From a virus (taxonomy: Duplodnaviria; Heunggongvirae; Uroviricota; Caudoviricetes): a DNA stretch of 7,879 nt. The translations under genes were made by a program, and so were the position numbers. The stretch lies in IMG/VR virus record IMGVR_UViG_2671180456_000014; one strand, given 5' to 3'. Shown here piece after piece: positions 1 to 4,699 of the stretch. The notes under the pieces were generated by a model that saw only the letters and a program-made list of their open reading frames with translations, had not been told where the DNA came from and did no database searches. Within the stretch, counting starts at the first letter, position 1. Each line of letters begins with the position of its first letter.

Positions 1-13
1 AAATAAAAACAAT

Positions 14-35
14 AGCGCCCACTATGGGCGCTTTT
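14..35 (+). terminator. terminator-like hairpin, copy 1
   Basis: AGCGCCC-actat-GGGCGCT 7-bp stem at 14-32 followed by TTT; identical stem-loop recurs at 285-303. Sits directly upstream of the RBS of ORF 49-279, so it probably ends an upstream gene outside the window. Confidence 0.45.
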
Positions 36-48
36 AAGGAGCTTAATC

Positions 49-279
49 ATGTTTATTCTTATCGCTGGCGTTAACGTGCGCAATGAATATTTTGTTAATC
101 GCATCGCTGGGATCGCTGGTTACGCTGGGCGCGCAGTCGAGTTTATCGATGAAACGACGCGCAAAATTGACTTATTGAGCGACCAGGAGCGAAAAAAAGC
201 AGACGTGAATGACGCTGATATATTTTTAATGCTAAAAGCGTTTGTAGAAATGGGATTTAAAATCAGTTTGCACAAATAA
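49..279 (+). CDS. hypothetical small protein, 76 aa
   Basis: ATG at 49 preceded by AAGGAG (36-41) with 7-nt spacer; TAA stop at 277-279; followed by strong hairpin terminator. No family recognised. Confidence 0.5.
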   Translation: MFILIAGVNVRNEYFVNRIAGIAGYAGRAVEFIDETTRKIDLLSDQERKKADVNDADIFLMLKAFVEMGFKISLHK

Positions 280-284
280 AATCA

Positions 285-308
285 AGCGCCCACTATGGGC
301 GCTTTTTT
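285..308 (+). terminator. Rho-independent terminator
   Basis: AGCGCCC-actat-GGGCGCT 7-bp stem (285-303) followed by TTTTTT (303-308), 6 nt after the stop of ORF 49-279. Confidence 0.65.
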
Positions 309-332
309 CGTTTCCAATACTCCCACCATAAC

Positions 333-354
333 GCGCCAATGATGGCGCTTTTTT
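333..354 (+). terminator. second tandem hairpin terminator
   Basis: GCGCCA-atga-TGGCGC 6-bp stem (333-348) followed by TTTTTT (349-354). Confidence 0.5.
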
Positions 355-525
355 ATTGTCTTTGACTCACTCCAACAACATAAAAATAAGCGCCAAAATA
401 ACGCCATAGACGCGCTTTTATATCCTTACCAGTACATACCCATTACTTAGCGCATTAACGCGCTTAAATCGCGTTATATTGCGTTATGGTGTATGGTCAA
501 TCATTGGCTTTTATTCTTGCTATGT

Positions 526-570
526 GATCCGCGTTTAATTGTCGGCGCGGATCGGCATTTTGTTTTGTTC
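526..570 (+). terminator. hairpin followed by T-rich tract (terminator-like)
   Basis: GATCCGCG (526-533) and CGCGGATC (546-553) form an 8-bp inverted repeat with 12-nt loop, followed by ggcaTTTTGTTTTGTT. No gene assigned. Confidence 0.3.
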
Positions 571-596
571 CGTATCCGCTCGCGTATTATGTGCGC

Positions 597-641
597 GTGA
601 TTTTTCACATAATCACACCACTTAATCACATATGTGATTAC
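597..641. promoter_or_regulatory. operator-like palindrome cluster
   Basis: Perfect 18-bp palindrome TAATCACATATGTGATTA at 623-640; direct repeat of the TAATCACA half-site at 610-617; inverted GTGATT at 597-602. Target gene unknown. Confidence 0.4.
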
Positions 642-768
642 GCTACGAAAGAAATCTGGATGTCTCAGGCGACGAAAGTCATCATAATTTTCCCCGCTCA
701 CCTGTCCGACAACCGCTGGTTGGATTCCACCAGCTTCCCGATGTTTTTTCTATATAAAGGCGAATGCA

Positions 769-881
769 GCCGTTTCCCGAAAAAATCCTGGCCGTTTCCC
801 GTCGGCTCATGAATGCGTTCCTCGCCGTTTCTGAAAATTTCCCTGCGGCAGCTGGTGGCTATAGAGAAAGGGCCGTTTCTG
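769..881. repeat. iteron-like direct repeats (GCCGTTTCY), 4 copies
   Basis: GCCGTTTCCC at 769-778 and 791-800, GCCGTTTCTG at 824-833 and 872-881 (last copy lies inside the gene A terminator hairpin). Same orientation and same core as the array at 4373-4501. Confidence 0.5.
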
Positions 882-886
882 GCCCT
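861..886 (-). terminator. Rho-independent terminator of gene A
   Basis: On minus strand: GGGCC-agaaac-GGCCC hairpin (870-885) followed by UUUCUCUAU; begins 8 nt after the gene A stop. Confidence 0.5.
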
Positions 887-894
887 CTTCTCAG

Positions 895-1377
895 TTACAC
901 GCCATCAAGGATGTGGATGCGGTTGCTTGCGTATACATTCAGCATAAAGTTAGCGCAAAACAGTTTCCATGTATCAACGCCAGCGGTATACGTAATGTTT
1001 TTGCATTTAATCGCATTGTTGGCGATCCGCATCCCCTGCGATACTGCTTCATCGTCGGAAAATTTGAACGACGATTGAGTTTTAATCCAGACAGAAATCT
1101 GCGTAGCGAACTCAATCAGCTTGGACTGGCAGAATCGCCCGGAGCGCACCGGAAAGACGAACGTTCCGAATCCAGAATTTACCACATACGCTTTCTCAAA
1201 TACCCGCGAGTAACGACGATTGCCAATGATGTCGCGTGCAATAATGCATTTTTCTTGTGCTGACAGTTCTACCGTCTCATTGTCGCGCCATGCACCAAGT
1301 ACTCGTTTTTCAATGTCAGAGAACGTTACAGCGATATTGCCATGTGCGGGTGCGTTTACAGTAGCGATAAAATTCAT
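895..1377 (-). CDS. hypothetical protein, 160 aa (cassette gene A)
   Basis: ORF track 895-1377; ATG at 1377-1375 preceded by AAGGA with 7-nt spacer; own promoter motif and own terminator. No family recognised. Confidence 0.6.
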   Translation of the reverse strand: MNFIATVNAPAHGNIAVTFSDIEKRVLGAWRDNETVELSAQEKCIIARDIIGNRRYSRVFEKAYVVNSGFGTFVFPVRSGRFCQSKLIEFATQISVWIKTQSSFKFSDDEAVSQGMRIANNAIKCKNITYTAGVDTWKLFCANFMLNVYASNRIHILDGV

Positions 1378-1433
1378 GATTAATTCCTTATCGTAAATAA
1401 CAAATTGTTTTCTTGTTGGTGTTAATTATCGTT
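1378..1433 (-). promoter_or_regulatory. conserved cassette promoter and 5' leader (copy A)
   Basis: Sense strand: cGATAATtaacaccaacaagAAAACAATTTGTTatttacgatAAGGAattaatcATG. -10 GATAAT at 1425-1430; C/A-rich leader with palindromic core AACAAATTGTT (1399-1409); SD. Confidence 0.5.
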
Positions 1434-1552
1434 GTACGAATAAGGCGTCAAAGTGGAAAGTTGCGGTAGCCGGACGGGAACAGGTGGGTTTGTCGGTTGC
1501 CTGGAGGTAAGAGGTTGGTGTTTTTAGCCTGCGGGAAACAGGATGGTCATTT

Positions 1553-1576
1553 AAGGCCACCAGCATTGGTGGCCTT
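1553..1576 (-). terminator. stem-loop 5 nt after gene B stop (putative terminator or 3' stabiliser)
   Basis: AAGGCCACCA-gcat-TGGTGGCCTT 10-bp stem; no clean U-tract after it on the minus strand (uuaaaugacc). Contains the Chi octamer on the minus strand (CCACCAGC at 1557-1564). Confidence 0.4.
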
Positions 1577-1581
1577 ACTCT

Positions 1582-1863
1582 TTAGTGTAGCAGACCGATG
1601 TCGATGGTATCCCCTGAATCATCCACACGGATCATCAGCATGGCGAAGGCGTTTAGTGGATAGCTTGCGTGCCATTCAGGGAAGCGGTCATCTCGCATGA
1701 AGTCGGCAATGTCGTAAACGCAGCCCTCAAAGTGGAAGAATCGCGTGCTTACCTGCTCGTCATATTCCACATGATCCATTTCTTGCTGTTCTGTTTCCGG
1801 CAAGTCCAGCCATGATTCAAGGAATACATTTTGTGCTTTAGGGGTAATGGTGAAATCAGTCAT
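1582..1863 (-). CDS. small strongly acidic hypothetical protein, 93 aa (cassette gene B)
   Basis: Start chosen at ATG 1863-1861 (MTDFTITPK...) because GAGGA sits 7 nt upstream; the longer track ORF (to 1995) would run through the promoter motif. About 20 Asp/Glu versus 5 Lys/Arg by my count. Confidence 0.6.
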   Translation of the reverse strand: MTDFTITPKAQNVFLESWLDLPETEQQEMDHVEYDEQVSTRFFHFEGCVYDIADFMRDDRFPEWHASYPLNAFAMLMIRVDDSGDTIDIGLLH

Positions 1864-1917
1864 GAGCATATCCTCACTGCGTAAACATGTTGTTTTCTTG
1901 TTGGTGTAATTATCGCA
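1864..1917 (-). promoter_or_regulatory. conserved cassette promoter and 5' leader (copy B)
   Basis: Sense: TGcGATAATtacaccaacaagaaaacaACATGTTtacgcagtGAGGAtatgctcATG. Extended -10 (TG + GATAAT, 1909-1914 with TG at 1915-1916); palindromic AACATGTT core. Confidence 0.55.
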
Positions 1918-2010
1918 GTGTAGATAAGGCATAAAAGAAGTTAATACAGGCTGAATACACAAGAAAGGTTCTGGAAGTTGATAGCCAGGTTTCAAACTAA
2001 CCTTCGGTTA

Positions 2011-2047
2011 TTAAAAGTCATTTAAGACCACCAATGCTGGTGGCCTT
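2011..2047 (-). terminator. hairpin terminator after ORF C'
   Basis: AAGACCACCA-atgc-TGGTGGCCTT stem (2024-2047, one G-U pair in RNA), followed on the minus strand by AAAUGACUUUUAA. Same stem as 1553-1576 but with the 4-nt loop inverted. Contains Chi GCTGGTGG on the plus strand (2036-2043). Confidence 0.5.
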
Positions 2048-2052
2048 AATAA

Positions 2053-2196
2053 TTATCGCCCGATTACGCTAAGGATCTTTTCCTCAACTGATTTGTTGTT
2101 GCGACTAAACTGCCTTGCGTATCTGATGACAGAAGAGGCGTTTCGCTTTCTGACCATCTCGGCTCTCTCCTTCAGGCGTTTCTTGAAATCGCCCAT
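2053..2196 (-). CDS. small basic ORF, 47 aa (C'), translationally coupled to gene C
   Basis: MGDFKKRLKERAEMVRKRNASSVIRYARQFSRNNKSVEEKILSVIGR. ATG at 2196-2194 lies 2 nt after the TAA of gene C (TAAatATG); stop at 2053-2055, 5 nt before the conserved hairpin. Below the ORF-track length cutoff; called by hand. Confidence 0.3.
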   Translation of the reverse strand: MGDFKKRLKERAEMVRKRNASSVIRYARQFSRNNKSVEEKILSVIGR

Positions 2197-2198
2197 AT

Positions 2199-2573
2199 TT
2201 ACCACCAGGCGCAGAAGGTCAGTCTGTTATTGTGAAAGTCGTGGTTCTTAATCAGATCTTCCACAAGCTCTTTCAACTCCCCCACATCATGCCAGTAACC
2301 TTCATCGTACTCCTGACTGCCGAAGAAAAAACCTTCCCGGGTAGGCAAGTACTCTTCGCAATTACTTTCGTTTATGTGCATCAAATGAGCCTTCAGAAAA
2401 CAAATGTCATTCATCGTTAATTCTAAAAGCTCACAATTTTCGACTTCACCTACGTTGCGCTCCATCCACCCAACGAGCGCATTGAACTTACGGAAGTAAG
2501 CAACCTGCTTTCTGGATGCCTCGTTATTCAGATCGTTTTTAGGCTGTGTCTCGATATAGATATCAAGTCCCAT
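2199..2573 (-). CDS. acidic hypothetical protein, 124 aa (cassette gene C)
   Basis: Start chosen at ATG 2573-2571 (MGLDIYIE...) with AAGGAAA 5-8 nt upstream; alternative GTG start at 2615 gives the 138-aa track ORF. Confidence 0.55.
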   Translation of the reverse strand: MGLDIYIETQPKNDLNNEASRKQVAYFRKFNALVGWMERNVGEVENCELLELTMNDICFLKAHLMHINESNCEEYLPTREGFFFGSQEYDEGYWHDVGELKELVEDLIKNHDFHNNRLTFCAWW

Positions 2574-2650
2574 GATGGTTTCCTTATTAAGTTGCTTCAG
2601 TGAAATCATTTTCACAAATCAGATAAGGCAGAAAACAAATTGTTATCGGG
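2574..2650 (-). promoter_or_regulatory. upstream region of gene C with one copy of the palindromic core
   Basis: Sense: ccGATAACAATTTGTTTTCtgccttatctg... Core at 2631-2644. Arrangement differs from the other cassettes and the -10 is not clear. Confidence 0.3.
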
Positions 2651-2682
2651 CATAATAAAATGGCGCGGTTTACGCGCCATTT
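2648..2682 (-). terminator. Rho-independent terminator of gene D
   Basis: AAATGGCGCG-gttta-CGCGCCATTT 10-bp stem (2658-2682), followed on the minus strand by UAUUAUG; 8 nt after the gene D stop. Confidence 0.6.
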
Positions 2683-2690
2683 AAAGAGGA

Positions 2691-3086
2691 TTAAGCGAAT
2701 ACGCTTTCAGGGATTAAGGTGTCAGCAGGAATGCCGGAGGTAATGCGCAGACCATACTGGCCAATCCAGGCGGTGTTGGTATTCAGGTTGGAGGCGAATA
2801 CGGTGTTAACCATATTCATCATTGGTTCAAACACCTCTTCATCAACCTGGCGGAAGTAGTTCTCGATTTTCAGCAGCAGCGGGTCAGTTGCATCGAAAAT
2901 AGACTGGTATTGAGTCTCGTACTCGCCGCCGGAGGCATCACCTTTACGCACGATCGTACTGGCCTGGACTTCGGCGCCAGTTTCGGTGTTGTACGTAACA
3001 ACGGTGATTTTTGCCACATTCTTACCTTCGGCGGTTTCAGAGGCATAGTAAACATCAACTGTCAGTTTTTCGCGTTTAACGGTCAT
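2691..3086 (-). CDS. hypothetical protein, 131 aa (gene D)
   Basis: Start ATG 3086-3084 (MTVKREKLTVDVYY...) with GGAGAG SD; the track ORF extends 22 codons upstream across the promoter. Has its own sigma70-type promoter rather than the cassette motif. Confidence 0.6.
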   Translation of the reverse strand: MTVKREKLTVDVYYASETAEGKNVAKITVVTYNTETGAEVQASTIVRKGDASGGEYETQYQSIFDATDPLLLKIENYFRQVDEEVFEPMMNMVNTVFASNLNTNTAWIGQYGLRITSGIPADTLIPESVFA

Positions 3087-3110
3087 TTCACTCTCCGTAG
3101 TGTTTTGGTT

Positions 3111-3147
3111 ATTTTTATATTCTATGATCGTAAGTATGTACTTACAA
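3111..3147 (-). promoter_or_regulatory. sigma70-type promoter of gene D with overlapping inverted repeat
   Basis: Minus strand: -35 TTGTAA (3147-3142), 17-bp spacer, -10 TAGAAT (3124-3119). Inverted repeat GTAAGTA-tg-TACTTAC (3130-3145) overlaps -35 and spacer. Confidence 0.55.
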
Positions 3148-3150
3148 TAC

Positions 3151-3180
3151 AAAAAAAAGCCCCGTAAGGATGGCGGGGCT
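3151..3180 (-). terminator. Rho-independent terminator of gene E
   Basis: Minus strand: AGCCCCG-ccatcctta-CGGGGCT followed by UUUUUUUU (the A8 run at 3151-3158 on the plus strand). Confidence 0.7.
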
Positions 3181-3214
3181 GTCGTACGGTCGACTAATTA
3201 CCACTTGCACATTA

Positions 3215-3526
3215 TCAGGCTATTGCCATCACTGATGCTCTCTGAATTTCTTGCTGGGCCACGCGGTTAACTTCCATCAAAGCCAGTTCGAGCTGATGTT
3301 CCGGCCACATTCTTTGAAATGCCATCCAGCCTTTTCCACGCTGGCGACGAACATTCATTACATAACGAGTAAAGGTGTTTTTATCGAAAGACACCGCTGT
3401 TTCACGGAACAGACGAATAGAGGTTCCATTGGCAACGATGTCCAGCAAAGTTAATTGAGCAACCAGCGCAGGCTTCTCTTTTCTCTTCTGGTCTTTGTCC
3501 AGACCAAGAACCAATGATTTTTTCAT
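3215..3526 (-). CDS. small basic hypothetical protein, 103 aa (cassette gene E)
   Basis: Start ATG 3526-3524 (MKKSLVLGLDKDQKRKEK...) with GGAG 5 nt upstream; TGA stop at 3215-3217. Lys/Arg-rich N-terminus and RRQRGKG stretch. Confidence 0.6.
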   Translation of the reverse strand: MKKSLVLGLDKDQKRKEKPALVAQLTLLDIVANGTSIRLFRETAVSFDKNTFTRYVMNVRRQRGKGWMAFQRMWPEHQLELALMEVNRVAQQEIQRASVMAIA

Positions 3527-3573
3527 TACAACTCCGTAAACAACTTGTTTTCTCAATGGCGTAAATAATACCA
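3527..3573 (-). promoter_or_regulatory. conserved cassette promoter and 5' leader (copy E)
   Basis: Sense: TGgTATTATttacgccattgagAAAACAAGTTGTTTacGGAGttgtaaATG. Extended -10 (TG + TATTAT, 3565-3570); palindromic core 3538-3554. Confidence 0.5.
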
Positions 3574-3639
3574 GTAAGAAAACGGCTACAAAGCATATTG
3601 ATCAGGCGCATGAGCGATATGCAGGTTCTTCCCTGCGGC

Positions 3640-3670
3640 TATAGAGAAATTAAGCCAGCATTGCTGGCTT
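3640..3670 (-). terminator. hairpin terminator of gene F
   Basis: AAGCCAGC-att-GCTGGCTT stem (3652-3670) followed on the minus strand by AAUUUCUCUAUAG; same ctatagaga flank as the gene A terminator. Confidence 0.5.
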
Positions 3671-3679
3671 TGGTTGGGG

Positions 3680-4009
3680 TTACTCGAATACTTCAAGAAA
3701 CTCCTGAACGTCCCAATGCTGGACGAGGTGAAGATAGACCTTAGAAATAACGTCATTCTCGCTATCGCATGTGAAGTAGTACTTCTGGCTGCGGTTGTAT
3801 GTGTCCACACAAAATTCGCTCATATCCATAAAGTCAGCATCTTCACCCATGTCGCAAATCATCAAAGCAGGTGCGTCATCACGAGTCATCAGCTCAAGCA
3901 CCCACCGCGAATTGATCAGAGTGGAAGACCAACCTTCTAACTCATAAAACTGATCAAACTCTTTTTGAGTTAATTTCTTAATTTGGTTGATGTCGATATT
4001 TGCAAACAT
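3680..4009 (-). CDS. small strongly acidic hypothetical protein, 109 aa (cassette gene F)
   Basis: Start ATG 4009-4007 (MFANIDINQ...) with AAGGA 7 nt upstream; the longer track start (4030) falls inside the leader motif. About 22 Asp/Glu versus 8 Lys/Arg by my count. Confidence 0.6.
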   Translation of the reverse strand: MFANIDINQIKKLTQKEFDQFYELEGWSSTLINSRWVLELMTRDDAPALMICDMGEDADFMDMSEFCVDTYNRSQKYYFTCDSENDVISKVYLHLVQHWDVQEFLEVFE

Positions 4010-4056
4010 AAAGCAATCCTTAAACAACATGTTTTCTTGATGGTGTTATTATCGCA
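4010..4056 (-). promoter_or_regulatory. conserved cassette promoter and 5' leader (copy F)
   Basis: Sense: TGcGATAATaacaccatcaagaaaACATGTtgtttAAGGAttgctttATG. Extended -10 GATAAT at 4048-4053 with TG at 4054-4055. Confidence 0.55.
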
Positions 4057-4372
4057 ATAACGCACAGGCGAAAAAGAGTTTTATTCCGGTGAATGTGGTT
4101 TTGGCAGTGAGTTTTCAGGTTCAGTACCGAGTACACTTTTTACATTATTCTGATTTAGTGGCCGAAGGTGGCTGGTGGGCAGAATAATCATCTCCCCGAA
4201 AACCTACTGAAATCGATTGTGACCCGTTGGCTGTCTGGCACAATTACGCTGTAGCTGGGCATTCAGAGGGAATCCAGCGGTAAGTAAGTTCGCCTGCACG
4301 TGAGCGCCTCTCTTCTTCCCGCACATTACAGGTGGGCAGCCGCAACTCTCCCTCACGCTATACCGGTACGCC

Positions 4373-4501
4373 GCCGTTCCTGAACCGGCATCGAGCCTTT
4401 TCCCGAAATCCACACAGGCAACTCGACCGTTTCCCTGAAAACCTCCAGCCGTTCCCCGAAGGCAACCCAGCCGTTTCTGTAGCGGGATGCAGCCTTTTCC
4501 C
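4373..4501. repeat. iteron-like array: 6 direct repeats at about 22-bp period
   Basis: Plus-strand GCCKTTYCC cores begin at 4373, 4395, 4426(7), 4448, 4470, 4492 (spacings 22, 31, 22, 22, 22). Minus-strand reading is GGRAAMGGC. Confidence 0.6.
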
Positions 4502-4559
4502 TGTATGGACCGAAGGCTGACCGTAGGGGTGTTACGGGGGATAAAATCAGGAGTTGAAT

Positions 4560-4590
4560 AAATACGAAAAAGGAGGCGACACCCCTCCTT
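4560..4590 (-). terminator. Rho-independent terminator, no ORF upstream
   Basis: Minus strand: AAGGAGG-ggugucg-CCUCCUU followed by UUUCGUAUUUAUU. Lies between the orphan promoter motif and the iteron array. Confidence 0.5.
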
Positions 4591-4623
4591 CCCTCCCCAC
4601 TTATACATACCTGTCTTGTTCGC

Positions 4624-4657
4624 TATACATGTTGTGTTTTCTTCGTGTTTTATCTGT
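4624..4657 (-). promoter_or_regulatory. orphan (ORF-less) copy of the cassette promoter and leader motif
   Basis: Sense: agATAAAAcacgaagaaaacacaACATGTatagcg aligns with cGATAATtaacaccaacaagaaaacaaTTTGTT; -10 is degenerate (GATAAA). No credible ORF before the terminator at 4560-4590. Confidence 0.35.
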
Positions 4658-4699
4658 TTCAACCTCTCTATAGGCGTTAATGCTCACTCCTTCCAGAAC

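Noticed and set aside
597-641. CRP binding site (TGTGA-N6-TCACA)
   Set aside because: Half-sites are present but in the wrong relative orientation (TCACA-ta-TGTGA) or with a 4-nt spacer (GTGA-tttt-TCACA at 597-609); the geometry does not fit CRP.
501-1078. Track ORFs 501-701 (minus), 591-812 (plus) and 764-1078 (plus)
   Set aside because: They overlap the palindrome and iteron cluster and, for the last, the 3' end of gene A; no SD and no flanking signals. The region looks regulatory rather than coding.
913-1263. 116-aa plus-strand ORF
   Set aside because: Fully antisense to gene A, which has the promoter motif, SD and terminator; no start signals of its own.
1378-1433. Integron attC sites or ERIC/REP elements as the identity of the cassette junctions
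   Set aside because: No RYYYAAC / GTTRRRY core pair and no integron integrase in the window; the junctions contain functional-looking -10, SD and start codons, so they are promoters, not recombination sites. The hairpins do not match the REP or ERIC consensus as I remember them.
1378-1433. LexA (SOS) box as the identity of the palindromic core
   Set aside because: The LexA consensus CTGT-N8-ACAG is not present; the core is AAACAA-N-TTGTTT.
1497-3940. Short ORFs 1497-1700, 2232-2420, 2870-3058, 2910-3167, 3251-3454, 3402-3611, 3586-3810, 3674-3940
   Set aside because: Each is antisense to or out of frame within a better-supported minus-strand gene (B, C, D, E, F) or crosses promoter and terminator elements.
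4373-4501. Possible CRISPR array
   Set aside because: The repeats are only about 9-10 bp cores at 22-bp spacing, imperfect, with no spacer-length unique sequence between them. Not CRISPR-like.
4204-4662. 152-aa minus-strand ORF from the six-frame track
   Set aside because: It lies entirely over the iteron array and a terminator hairpin, has no SD, and its Gly/Arg/Cys-rich low-complexity translation simply mirrors the 22-bp DNA repeats. Judged non-coding.
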